Assembly (NCBI GenBank): GCA_016790475.1
Contig: JAEUOX010000172.1
Span: forward strand, 30,557 to 94,556
Reading direction: 5' to 3'
DNA: 64,000 bases
Origin: Rhodoferax sp.
GTDB lineage: Bacteria > Pseudomonadota > Gammaproteobacteria > Burkholderiales > Burkholderiaceae_C
Below the pieces are notes generated by a model. The model was not told the DNA's origin. It saw only the letters and a list, made by a program, of their open reading frames with translations, and did no database searches. Below, piece after piece: positions 1 to 9,097 of the stretch. Every line of letters begins with the position of its first letter. Position 1 is the first letter of the stretch. The position numbers and the translations under genes were made by a program.

Positions 1-1508
1 AAACGGGTGTGGCTGTCACCGCCCGTGCCGACCGTATCGGGCAGCAGCATGCGGTTGAGCCAGCTGTGGATGATGCCGTCGCCCGGGCGCAGGCTGATGC
101 CGCCGCGCGTGGCGATGAAGTCGGGCAGCTCATGGTGCATCTTGACGTCCACCGGCTTCGGGTAGGCGGCCGTGTGGCAGAAGGACTGCATCACCAGATC
201 GGCGCTGAAGCCCAGGCAGGCGAGATCCTTGAGTTCGTCGCGCGTCATCGGGCCGGTCGTATCCTGGGAACCGACCGAGGTCATGCGGGGCTCGCAGTAG
301 GTGCCGGGGCGCACGCCCTGCCCTTCCGGCAGCCCGACAGCGCGGCCCACCATCTTCTGCGCCAGCGTGAAGCCCTTCTTCGTGTCGGCCGGGTTCTGCG
401 GCAGCCGGAACAGCGTGCTGGGGGGCAGACCCAGCGCCTCGCGGGCCTTCGCCGTCAGGCCGCGGCCGATGATCAGCGGAATCCGGCCACCGGCGCGCAC
501 CTCGTCAAGCAGCACCTCGCTCTTGAGCTGGAACTCCGCGATGACCTTGCCATCCTTCAGCGCCCGACCCTCGTAAGGGCGCAGCTCCACGACATCGCCC
601 ATGTTCATCTGGCTGACGTCGAGCTCGATCGGCAGCGCGCCGGAGTCTTCCATCGTGTTGTAGAAGATCGGCGCGATCTTGCCGCCGAGGCAGACGCCCC
701 CGAAGCGCTTGTTCGGAACAAAGGGGATGTCCTCGCCGGTGAACCACAGCACGGAGTTCGTGGCCGACTTGCGGCTGGAGCCGGTACCGACCACGTCGCC
801 GACATAGGCCACCAGGTGCCCGCGCGCGCGCAGGTCCTCGATGAACTTGACCGGACCGCGCTTGCCGTCCTGCTCCGGCACCAGGCCCGGGCGGGCGTTC
901 TTGTGCATGGCCAGTGCGTGCAACGGGATGTCCGGGCGGCTCCAGGCGTCCGGCGCGGGCGACAGGTCGTCGGTGTTGATCTCGCCGGCCACCTTGAAGA
1001 TGCTGACCGTGATCGCCTTCGGGACCTCCGGGCGGCTGGTGAACCACTCGCCCTCGGCCCAGCTGCGCAGCACGTCCTTCGCGTGGAGGTTGCCCTGGTC
1101 GGCCTTCTCCTTGACGTCGTGGAACTGGTCGAACATCAGCAGCGTCTTCTTCAGGCCGGCGGCGGCGACGGCGGCCACGGACTCGTCGGACAGCAGGTCC
1201 ACCAGCGGGCTGATGTTGTAGCCGCCGAGCATCGTCCCCAGCAGCTCGGTGGCCTTGGCGCGGCTGATCAGGCTGCACTTCTCGGTCCCGTGGGCCACGG
1301 CCGCGAGGTAGCTGGCCTTGACCTTGGCGGCATCATCGACGCCAGCCGGAACCCGGTAGGTGATCAGTTCGACCAATGTCGACTCCTCGCCAGCGGGCGG
1401 GTTCTTGAGCAGTTCGATGACTTCAGCCGTCTGCTTGGCAGACAGCGGCAACGGCGGAATGCCGAGGGCGGCGCGCTCGGCAACATGGGTTCGGTAGGCT
1501 TGCAACAT
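1..1508 (-). CDS. acnB: Aconitate hydratase B (bifunctional aconitase 2 / 2-methylisocitrate dehydratase), 5' part; runs off the window start
   Basis: Not in the ORF track because its stop is outside the window. Manual translation from ATG at 1508 (RBS AGGAG upstream) gives MLQAYRTHVAERAALGIPPLPL...VPAGVDDAAKVKA...LLGTMLGGYN...GEINTDDLSPAPDAWSRPDIPLHA...VGTGSSRKSATNS, typical of AcnB. Confidence 0.96.
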   Translation of the reverse strand, partial: MLQAYRTHVAERAALGIPPLPLSAKQTAEVIELLKNPPAGEESTLVELITYRVPAGVDDAAKVKASYLAAVAHGTEKCSLISRAKATELLGTMLGGYNISPLVDLLSDESVAAVAAAGLKKTLLMFDQFHDVKEKADQGNLHAKDVLRSWAEGEWFTSRPEVPKAITVSIFKVAGEINTDDLSPAPDAWSRPDIPLHALAMHKNARPGLVPEQDGKRGPVKFIEDLRARGHLVAYVGDVVGTGSSRKSATNSVLWFTGEDIPFVPNKRFGGVCLGGKIAPIFYNTMEDSGALPIELDVSQMNMGDVVELRPYEGRALKDGKVIAEFQLKSEVLLDEVRAGGRIPLIIGRGLTAKAREALGLPPSTLFRLPQNPADTKKGFTLAQKMVGRAVGLPEGQGVRPGTYCEPRMTSVGSQDTTGPMTRDELKDLACLGFSADLVMQSFCHTAAYPKPVDVKMHHELPDFIATRGGISLRPGDGIIHSWLNRMLLPDTVGTGGDSHTR

Positions 1509-1549
1509 GGTTCTCTCCTGACAATGAAAATGATCGGGCGGGTCGGGCT

Positions 1550-2089
1550 TCAGTCCACCACGCCTTTGGGGGTGTCCGCCTTGGAAACCGCATCCAGCAC
1601 GCTGGGTGGCGGATTCACAAGCATGGCCTGTGCCACCTGGGCCTGCAGCGGGCTCTTGCAGTCGTCGGCCAGTCGCCGGCCCAGCTTCTGGCTCATCAGC
1701 ATCGACTTGTTGGCCAACTGCAGCCAGACAATGCCCGCGGCCTTGTCTTCCAGACGAATGGCGCCGGTGGTGGTCTCCTCCGGGGCCACGCGATAGCTCT
1801 GTGCGCCCAGCCGCAACGAGAAATAGCCGGCCTGACTGCCGTCCGGCGTCAGGACGACCGTCTGCCCGAGCTCACAAGGCAGCGTTCCGACATGGACCCG
1901 CGTTGCCACTTCGAGCTCGGCGGCTGTCAGCGGAGCACGGGCTTCCGCAGCGATATTGCGCGCCAGCACGCGGATCTCCCGGTGCGCGGGGGCGCTCTGC
2001 GCTGCGGCGCCCGGCTTGCGCGGGGGTGTCTGTGCCTGGGCCAGACCCACGGTGCACAGGGGCACCAGCAGCCATGTCGTCCAATTCAT
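1550..2089 (-). CDS. Hypothetical exported protein (signal peptide, two Cys in the mature domain)
   Basis: Start taken at MNWTTWLLVPLCTVGLAQA (signal-peptide-like); ATGA overlap with the upstream citE-like stop; motifs LPCELG, TTTGAIRLED, WLQLANKSMLM, RLADDC. Confidence 0.8.
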   Translation of the reverse strand: MNWTTWLLVPLCTVGLAQAQTPPRKPGAAAQSAPAHREIRVLARNIAAEARAPLTAAELEVATRVHVGTLPCELGQTVVLTPDGSQAGYFSLRLGAQSYRVAPEETTTGAIRLEDKAAGIVWLQLANKSMLMSQKLGRRLADDCKSPLQAQVAQAMLVNPPPSVLDAVSKADTPKGVVD

Positions 2090-3150
2090 TGGCGTGTCTC
2101 CCGGTTGGCCGGCGGGACCGAAGAGGGCGCCGGAGCATCGAAGTACAGGCGCACCTCCGGCGACAGTGTCTGTCCGGTCTGGTGCGCACGCTCCAGTATC
2201 TGCCAAAAGAACCGGTAGCTGGCACGGTCATGCAGTTGCCCGGCGAATTCGATCGGGGCCCAGTCGGCCTGCTGCGCCGCGACAATGATCTCGGCCGCCT
2301 GGTCGATATCGCGTCGCGGCGGGGCCATGGCGGCCAGGATGGTGCGTATCTGCGCCGGGTGGATGCTCCACATCCGGGTGTAGCCGAGTTCCTGGGCCGC
2401 GGCACGGGCGGCGCGGGCGAGCACTTCCTCGTCGCGAAACTCGGTCACCACACAGTGGGAGGGCACCTTGCCGTGGGCATGGCAGGCGGAGGCGATCTCC
2501 AGCTTGGCCCGAACCACCAGGGGATGCGCAAACTGCCCGGCCTGGGACATCGCCGTTGCAGGTATCGCGCCCCCATGGGCGGAAACGAAGTCCATCAGGC
2601 CGAAACTGATCGACTCCACCCGCGGATGGGCGGCGATGTCGAACGCCCGGTGCACCGCGGCCGGTGACTCCAGCAGCACGTGCACCGGCATCAGGGACGA
2701 CCGTCCGGAATCATCAACGGCATCGATGATGGCGGCAGCGCGATCGACGTCCGCGACGGACTCCACCTTGGGCACCATGATGTGGCACAGGTGGCGCCCT
2801 GCACCGGCAACGATGGTCCGTACCTCGTCACCGAACACAGGATGGTGCACCGGATGCACCCGCACAGCGACCCTCGGCCGGGCCGCGCCGGATGTCGCGC
2901 CGGGCGCCTCGCAGGCCGCGCGGGCCAGCGCCACCACCAACTGCGCATGGTCATGCTCCGCGCCGACGCGGGCGCCATCCTCGCAGTCCAGCGTCACGTC
3001 AAAGACGCAGGCACCGAACTCCTGGATCATCTCCGCCTGCAGCGCCAGGCTCTTGCGCATCCGGACCTCGACACCGCTGTAGTGGTCACAGACCGGCAGC
3101 AGTCCTGCCGCGGCCTGCGCCCCCAGAAGAATCTGGCGCGGGTCGTTCAC
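2086..3150 (-). CDS. HpcH/HpaI aldolase / citrate lyase beta (CitE-like) family protein
   Basis: Motifs TLDCEDGA, IMVPKVES, LLESP, SFGLMDF, WSIHPAQI; GTG start 3 bp after the mdh stop. Confidence 0.88.
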   Translation of the reverse strand: MNDPRQILLGAQAAAGLLPVCDHYSGVEVRMRKSLALQAEMIQEFGACVFDVTLDCEDGARVGAEHDHAQLVVALARAACEAPGATSGAARPRVAVRVHPVHHPVFGDEVRTIVAGAGRHLCHIMVPKVESVADVDRAAAIIDAVDDSGRSSLMPVHVLLESPAAVHRAFDIAAHPRVESISFGLMDFVSAHGGAIPATAMSQAGQFAHPLVVRAKLEIASACHAHGKVPSHCVVTEFRDEEVLARAARAAAQELGYTRMWSIHPAQIRTILAAMAPPRRDIDQAAEIIVAAQQADWAPIEFAGQLHDRASYRFFWQILERAHQTGQTLSPEVRLYFDAPAPSSVPPANRETRQ

Positions 3151-3153
3151 CGC

Positions 3154-4140
3154 TTACAGCAGATGGGCCACACCCGCCTGCTCGTCCTGCAGTTCCTTGA
3201 GCGTCTTGTTGATGCACTCCTGGCTGAACGCATCCACCTCGAGCCCTTCGACGACCTGGTAGTCCCCATTGGCGCAGGTGACGGCAAAGCCGAACATCGT
3301 GTCCTTCGGGATGCCGTACTGGCCATCGGACGGAACACCCATCGTGACCCACTTGCCCTGGGTGCCCAGCGCCCAGTCGTGCATGTGGTCGATCGCCGCG
3401 TTGGCAGCGGACGCGGCCGACGAGACGCCGCGCGCGGCAATGATGGCCGCGCCCCGCTTGCCGACGGTCGGCAGGAAGGTGTTCACGTTCCAGTCGTGGT
3501 CGTTGATCATCTGCTTGACGCTCTGGCCGCCGATCGTGGCAAACCGGTAATCGGCGTACATCGTCGGGGAATGGTTGCCCCAGACCGCCAGCTTCTCGAT
3601 CTCCGCGACCGGCTTGCCGGTCTTGGCGGCGAGCTGGCTCAGCGCGCGGTTGTGGTCCAGGCGCAGCATGGCGGTGAAGTTGCGGCGCGGCAGATCCGGC
3701 GCGCTCTTCATCGCGATGTAGGCGTTGGTGTTGGCCGGGTTGCCGACGACCAGCACCTTGACGTTGCGGCTGGCCACCGCGTTCAGCGCCTTGCCCTGGG
3801 CGGTGAAGATCTGGGCGTTGGCCGCCAGCAGATCCGCCCGCTCCATGCCGGGACCGCGGGGACGTGCACCGACCAGCAGCGCGTAGTCGGTGTCCTTGAA
3901 GGCCGTCATCGGATTGCTGTGCGCCTCCATGCCGGCCAGCAGCGGGAACGCGCAGTCCTCCAGTTCCATCATGACGCCCTTCAGCGCGTTCTGCGCCTTC
4001 TCGTCGGGGATCTCGAGCAGTTGCAGGATCACCGGCTGGTCTGCACCGAGCATCGCGCCACTGGCGATGCGGAACAGCAGGGCGTAACCGATCTGACCCG
4101 CGGCTCCGGTGACGGCGACGCGAACGGGCACTTTTTTCAT
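3154..4140 (-). CDS. mdh: Malate dehydrogenase
   Basis: [47 protein letters not shown] motifs. Confidence 0.98.
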   Translation of the reverse strand: MKKVPVRVAVTGAAGQIGYALLFRIASGAMLGADQPVILQLLEIPDEKAQNALKGVMMELEDCAFPLLAGMEAHSNPMTAFKDTDYALLVGARPRGPGMERADLLAANAQIFTAQGKALNAVASRNVKVLVVGNPANTNAYIAMKSAPDLPRRNFTAMLRLDHNRALSQLAAKTGKPVAEIEKLAVWGNHSPTMYADYRFATIGGQSVKQMINDHDWNVNTFLPTVGKRGAAIIAARGVSSAASAANAAIDHMHDWALGTQGKWVTMGVPSDGQYGIPKDTMFGFAVTCANGDYQVVEGLEVDAFSQECINKTLKELQDEQAGVAHLL

Positions 4141-4256
4141 GAGAGGACTCCAGGAAGTGATGATGGGCGCATGGGCCCTGGCATCGACACCGGTTCTCCG
4201 GCGGCCTGGCCCAATCCTGCGGAGTTTACCCGCGAAAAGACGGGTCGGTCAATTTG

Positions 4257-4275
4257 TCTTATGTCTTATATAAGA
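4257..4275. promoter_or_regulatory. GntR/HutC-family (SdhR-type) operator TCTTATGTCTTATATAAGA
   Basis: AT-rich island with the perfect palindrome TCTTATATAAGA (4264-4275) plus a direct TCTTAT repeat, between divergent mdh and gntR. Matches the motif I recall for the comparative-genomics SdhR regulon of Burkholderiales. Confidence 0.75.
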
Positions 4276-4333
4276 TATGATTCGACCGCCGGACGCTTGG
4301 TCGTTCGCACGCTCTGAAGACCCTCGCAAGCCC

Positions 4334-5137
4334 ATGCAGCAGCCCCCCGCGGCCCTCTCTCCGATTGCGTCAGACGCCGCAGGCCCGGGCCTGGGCGCAG
4401 CGACCGCCGGCGGGCCCTCGTTCAGCCCGCTGTACCTCCAGATCAAGGGTCTCATGCTCAAGAGCCTGCAGGCGGGCGAGTGGAAGCCGAGCGAGGCCAT
4501 CCCCAGCGAGATGGAGTTCGCCGCGCGCTTCCGGGTCAGCCAAGGCACGGTGCGCAAGGCCATCGACGAACTGGCTGCCGAAAACCTGCTGATCCGCCGC
4601 CAGGGCAAGGGAACCTTCGTCGCCACCCACGCGGAACGGCAGGTGCAGTACCGCTTCCTCAAGCTGATGCCGGACGACAGCGACAACGGCAGCGAAGGCC
4701 CTGCAGAGCGCACCATCGTCGAATGCCGCAGGCAGCGCGCCAGTGCGGACGTCGCGCGGGCGCTGAACCTGCGCACCGGTGAAGCCGTGCTGCAGGTCCG
4801 CCGGGTGCTGTCGTTCGCCGACGAGCCGACCATCCTGGAAGACATCTGGCTGCCGGCGATCCCGTTCCGCGGGCTGACGGCCGAGCGCTTGCGGGCGAAC
4901 ACCGGACCGATGTATGCGATGTTCGAGGCGGAATTCGGCGTGCGCATGGTGCGCGCGAAGGAGAAGATCCGCGCCGTCCTTCCGGACGCCGGCCAGGCGG
5001 AACTGCTCCGCTTGCCGCAGAGCGCACCGGTCCTCAGCGTCGAACGGATCGCCTACACCTACGATGACAAGGCGATCGAGTTGCGCCGCGGGCTGTACCG
5101 GACGGACAAGCACCACTACCGCAATGAGCTCAACTGA
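4334..5137 (+). CDS. GntR/HutC-family transcriptional regulator with UTRA domain (SdhR-type)
   Basis: PLYLQIK...IPSEMEFA...VSQGTVRKAIDEL...RRQGKGTFV winged helix; C-terminal UTRA domain. Start could be 4277. Confidence 0.93.
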   Translation: MQQPPAALSPIASDAAGPGLGAATAGGPSFSPLYLQIKGLMLKSLQAGEWKPSEAIPSEMEFAARFRVSQGTVRKAIDELAAENLLIRRQGKGTFVATHAERQVQYRFLKLMPDDSDNGSEGPAERTIVECRRQRASADVARALNLRTGEAVLQVRRVLSFADEPTILEDIWLPAIPFRGLTAERLRANTGPMYAMFEAEFGVRMVRAKEKIRAVLPDAGQAELLRLPQSAPVLSVERIAYTYDDKAIELRRGLYRTDKHHYRNELN

Positions 5138-5288
5138 CCCCGGTCGCCGTGCCGCGCAGTCCGGCGACGCAGCCACCCTTCTCGCCAAAGATGCAAGTCC
5201 TGTGTCAGTCCGCCGGGTTGAAATAGAATTTTGGCGGACGTTACGACGACGGACCCGGTGACACCCACTCCAACACAGCACCTACCCC

Positions 5289-5735
5289 ATGACTGATCTG
5301 GCCACTTCCAATCGTCCCCCGCGCCCTGAGTTCCGGAACATCAACGCACTCACGGATCTGCCCGCCTACCGGCTGCCGCTCGCAGGCATCGTGTCGATCC
5401 TGCACCGGATCAGCGGCGCACTGATGTTCCTGCTGCTGCCCTTCATCATCTGGATGTTCGACAACTCCATCTCCTCGGAGATCTCTTTTGCGCGCTTCAG
5501 CGCTGCGTTCGGTCCGCAGGGATTGGGCCCGTTTGCCGGCTGGTTCATGAAACTGGTGGTGCTCGCGATCATCTGGGCCTACCTGCACCACCTGATCGCG
5601 GGTCTGCGCCACCTGTGGATGGATGTGAACCATGCAGTCAGCAAGGAGTTCGGCAAGCGTTCCGCCGCAGTGACCCTGGTCCTGAGCCTGGGCATTACCG
5701 TGCTGTGCGCGGCCAAGCTCTTCGGGCTGTACTGA
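5289..5735 (+). CDS. sdhC: Succinate dehydrogenase cytochrome b556 subunit
   Basis: SILHRISG and HHLIAGLRHL motifs; hydrophobic helices; operon context. Confidence 0.96.
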   Translation: MTDLATSNRPPRPEFRNINALTDLPAYRLPLAGIVSILHRISGALMFLLLPFIIWMFDNSISSEISFARFSAAFGPQGLGPFAGWFMKLVVLAIIWAYLHHLIAGLRHLWMDVNHAVSKEFGKRSAAVTLVLSLGITVLCAAKLFGLY

Positions 5736-5841
5736 TGCAATGGCATCCGGCGGATCCCTGCCACGCGGGACGCACCGGATGCAGGAACCCATGCGCCCCT
5801 GACCGGCCGGTCGCGGGCATGCTTCGAAAGGACGTTATTTC

Positions 5842-6207
5842 ATGGCAGTGAACTTCGGATCCAAGCGCCTCGTCGTCGGTGCGCACTACGGCTTGCGGGA
5901 CTGGCTGAGCCAGCGCGTGACCGCCGGCCTGATGGCCCTCTTCACGGTGGTCCTTCTGGCACAGCTGCTGCTGCGCAAGGGCCCGCTCGGCTACGACCAG
6001 TGGGCCGGCATCTTTGCGGCGCAGTGGATGAAGGTCTTCACCTTCGTGATCATCGTGGCGCTGCTCTACCATGTGTGGGTCGGCGTGCGCGACATCTGGA
6101 TGGATTACGTCAAGTCCGCGGCCGTGCGGCTGTGTCTGCAGATCGCCACCCTCGTCTGGCTGGTGGGGTGTGCCGGCTGGGCCATCCAGGTCCTGTGGCG
6201 GCTGTGA
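5842..6207 (+). CDS. sdhD: Succinate dehydrogenase hydrophobic membrane anchor
   Basis: GLRDWLSQRVTA and HVWVGVRDIWMDYVK motifs. Confidence 0.96.
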   Translation: MAVNFGSKRLVVGAHYGLRDWLSQRVTAGLMALFTVVLLAQLLLRKGPLGYDQWAGIFAAQWMKVFTFVIIVALLYHVWVGVRDIWMDYVKSAAVRLCLQIATLVWLVGCAGWAIQVLWRL

Positions 6208-6258
6208 TGCCGGTCGCCCCCTTGCATGTCTGATGCCTCCGTTACCTGATTGCAATCC

Positions 6259-8049
6259 ATGACCAAATCCATTTCGAAACGCAAGTTCGACGTCGTCATC
6301 ATCGGAGCCGGTGGCTCCGGGATGCGTGCCTCGCTGCAGCTGGCGCGTGCCGGGCTGAACGTGGCCGTGCTGTCCAAGGTGTTTCCGACCCGCTCCCATA
6401 CCGTGGCGGCGCAGGGTGGCATCGGAGCCTCGCTGGGCAACATGAACGAGGACAACTGGCACTACCACTTCTACGACACGGTCAAGGGCTCGGACTGGCT
6501 GGGTGACCAGGACGCCATCGAGTTCATGTGCCGCGAAGCGCCGAAGGTGGTGTACGACCTCGAGCACATGGGCATGCCCTTCGACCGCAATCCGGACGGC
6601 ACGATCTACCAGCGCCCGTTCGGCGGACACACCGCCAACTACGGCGAAAAGGCGGTCGAGCGGGCCTGTGCGGCCGCGGACCGCACCGGCCATGCGATGC
6701 TGCACACGCTGTACCAGCAGAACGTCAAGGCCCGCACCGCCTTTTTCGTCGAGTGGATGGCACTGGACCTGATCCGCGACGCCGATGGCGATGTCGTCGG
6801 CGTGACCGCGCTGGAGATGGAAACCGGCGAAATGCACATCCTGCACGCCAAGACGACGATGCTGGCCACCGGCGGCGCGGGGCGCATCTTCGCCGCCTCC
6901 ACCAACGCCTTCATCAACACCGGCGACGGGCTGGGCATGGCGGCCCGTGCCGGGCTGGCACTCGAGGACATGGAGTTCTGGCAGTTCCACCCGACCGGCG
7001 TGGCCGGCGCCGGCGTGCTGCTGACGGAAGGCTGCCGCGGTGAAGGCGCCATCCTGGTCAACAGCAACGGCGAGCGCTTCATGGAGCGCTACGCCCCGAC
7101 GCTGAAGGACCTGGCCCCGCGGGACTTCGTGTCGCGCTGCATGGACCAGGAGATCAAGGAAGGCCGGGGTTGCGGTCCGAACAAGGACTACGTGCTGCTC
7201 AAGCTCGATCACCTGGGCGCGGAAACCATCATGAAGCGCCTGCCCTCGGTGCACGAGATCGGCGTGAACTTCGCCAATGTCGACGTGACCCGCGAGGCGA
7301 TTCCCGTGGTGCCGACCATCCATTACCAAATGGGCGGCATCCCGACGAACATCCATGGCCAGGTCGTGACCCAGCAGGGTGACAACCACAACGCCCAGGT
7401 CCAGGGCCTCTATGCCGTCGGCGAGTGCTCCTGCGTGAGTGTCCATGGCGCCAACCGGCTGGGCACCAATTCGCTGCTGGATCTGCTGGTGTTCGGCCGG
7501 GCCGCCGGCAACCACATCGTCGAGTTCAACAACAAGAACAAGGCGCACAAGGACCTCCCGGCCGACGCCGCCGACCGCACGCTGGCGCGCCTGGCCCGGC
7601 TGGACAATGCAACCGACGGCGAATATGCGCAGGATGTGGCCAACGACATCCGCGCCACGATGCAGAAGCACGCCAGCGTGTTCCGCACGCAGGCCATGCT
7701 CGATCAGGGCGTGAGCGCGATCGCCGCGATTCGGGAGCGCGTCGGCCACATCAACCTGAAAGACAAGTCCAAGGTCTTCAACACCGCGCGCATCGAGGCG
7801 CTGGAGGTCGAGAACCTGATCGAGGCGGCCCAGGCCACCATCGTCTCCGCCGCGGCACGCCGCGAGAGCCGCGGCGCCCACTCGGTGGCCGACTACGGCG
7901 ACACGCCGGAACATCCGAACGGCCGCAACGATACCGACTGGCACAAGCACACGCTGTGGTACAGCGAGGGCAGCCGCCTGAGCTACAAGCCGGTGCAGAT
8001 GAAGCCGCTGACCGTCGAGTCGGTGCCCCTGAAGGTTCGCACTTTTTAA
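6259..8049 (+). CDS. sdhA: Succinate dehydrogenase flavoprotein subunit
   Basis: GAGGSG FAD-binding motif, RSHTVAAQGG covalent-FAD motif, QFHPTG, HGANRLGTNSL. Confidence 0.98.
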   Translation: MTKSISKRKFDVVIIGAGGSGMRASLQLARAGLNVAVLSKVFPTRSHTVAAQGGIGASLGNMNEDNWHYHFYDTVKGSDWLGDQDAIEFMCREAPKVVYDLEHMGMPFDRNPDGTIYQRPFGGHTANYGEKAVERACAAADRTGHAMLHTLYQQNVKARTAFFVEWMALDLIRDADGDVVGVTALEMETGEMHILHAKTTMLATGGAGRIFAASTNAFINTGDGLGMAARAGLALEDMEFWQFHPTGVAGAGVLLTEGCRGEGAILVNSNGERFMERYAPTLKDLAPRDFVSRCMDQEIKEGRGCGPNKDYVLLKLDHLGAETIMKRLPSVHEIGVNFANVDVTREAIPVVPTIHYQMGGIPTNIHGQVVTQQGDNHNAQVQGLYAVGECSCVSVHGANRLGTNSLLDLLVFGRAAGNHIVEFNNKNKAHKDLPADAADRTLARLARLDNATDGEYAQDVANDIRATMQKHASVFRTQAMLDQGVSAIAAIRERVGHINLKDKSKVFNTARIEALEVENLIEAAQATIVSAAARRESRGAHSVADYGDTPEHPNGRNDTDWHKHTLWYSEGSRLSYKPVQMKPLTVESVPLKVRTF

Positions 8050-8069
8050 GGTCGCCCAGACCGGAGTCC

Positions 8070-8777
8070 ATGATGCAGAAACGCACTTTCCAGATCTACC
8101 GCTACGACCCCGACAAGGACGCCAAGCCCTACATGCAGACCATCACCGTCGAACTCGACGGGAACGAGCGCATGCTGCTGGACGCGTTGATGAAGCTCAA
8201 GGCGGCGGATCCCAGCATTTCGTTCCGCCGCTCCTGCCGCGAAGGCGTCTGCGGGTCGGACGCGATGAACATCAACGGCAAGAACGGGTTGGCCTGCCTG
8301 ACCAACATGAACACGCTGCCGGGCACGATCACGCTGCGCCCGCTGCCGGGCCTGCCGGTCATCCGCGACCTGATCGTGGACATGACGCAGTTCTTCAAGC
8401 AGTACAACTCGATCAAGCCCTACCTGATCAACGACAACGTCCCGCCGGACAAGGAGCGACTGCAGAGCCCGCAGGAGCGCGAGGAGCTCAACGGCCTGTA
8501 CGAGTGCATCCTGTGCGCCAGCTGCTCGACCAGCTGCCCGAGCTTCTGGTGGAACCCGGACAAGTTCGTCGGCCCCGCCGGCCTGCTGCAGGCCTACCGG
8601 TTCATTGCCGACAGCCGCGACGAGGCAACCGGCGAGCGGCTGGACAACCTGGAAGACCCCTACCGTCTGTTCCGCTGCCACACGATCATGAATTGCGTCG
8701 ATGTCTGTCCGAAGGGTTTGAATCCCACACGGGCGATCGGCAAGATCAAGGAAATGATGGTGTTGCGAACCGTGTGA
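8070..8777 (+). CDS. sdhB: Succinate dehydrogenase iron-sulfur subunit
   Basis: C-terminal part of ORF 7425..8777 from MMQKRTF; SCREGVCGSD, CILCASCSTSCP, CHTIMNCVDVCP; GGAG RBS. Confidence 0.98.
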   Translation: MMQKRTFQIYRYDPDKDAKPYMQTITVELDGNERMLLDALMKLKAADPSISFRRSCREGVCGSDAMNINGKNGLACLTNMNTLPGTITLRPLPGLPVIRDLIVDMTQFFKQYNSIKPYLINDNVPPDKERLQSPQEREELNGLYECILCASCSTSCPSFWWNPDKFVGPAGLLQAYRFIADSRDEATGERLDNLEDPYRLFRCHTIMNCVDVCPKGLNPTRAIGKIKEMMVLRTV

Positions 8778-8781
8778 CCGG

Positions 8782-9087
8782 ATGCCTGTGATGGGGGCCG
8801 ACGACACTTCGCCCGACCACCTGCTGAGTGAGCGGGATCTGAGTCGTCTGCGTTGGCGTTGTCGCCGGGGCATGCTGGAGAACGATCTGTTCGTGGAACG
8901 TTTCTTGCAAAGGCATGCTTCGACATTGACGGTTCGGCAGGCGCAGGGCCTCACCGCGCTGATGGAGCTGAGTGACAATGACCTGCTGGATCTGCATCTG
9001 GGCCGGCGGTCACCGGGGCAAGTCGATCCGGCCCTGGAGCGTGACAACGTGATCGAAGTGCTTGGAATGTTGAGAGAAATCCGCTGA
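8782..9087 (+). CDS. sdhE: Succinate dehydrogenase flavinylation factor SdhE (Sdh5 family)
   Basis: [15 protein letters not shown] signature. Start may be 8791. Confidence 0.92.
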   Translation: MPVMGADDTSPDHLLSERDLSRLRWRCRRGMLENDLFVERFLQRHASTLTVRQAQGLTALMELSDNDLLDLHLGRRSPGQVDPALERDNVIEVLGMLREIR

Positions 9088-9097
9088 AAGGGCGACT

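Noticed and set aside
9-1796. 595-aa plus-strand ORF
   Set aside because: Antisense shadow of acnB; no recognisable motifs; expected from GC-rich codon bias.
5695-7950. 751-aa minus-strand ORF, and similar long antisense ORFs over leuB-asd, fimV, lysS, lepA and rne
   Set aside because: Each mirrors a clearly identified gene on the other strand; stops are scarce on the antisense of high-GC3 genes.
7425-8069. Apparent 215-aa N-terminal extension of SdhB, suggesting an sdhA-sdhB frameshift fusion
   Set aside because: Off-frame overlap with sdhA; SdhB has its own RBS and ATG at 8070. The same applies to the extended track starts of trpA, trpB, hemX, hemC, argH, rpoE, yggT, acpS and pdxJ.
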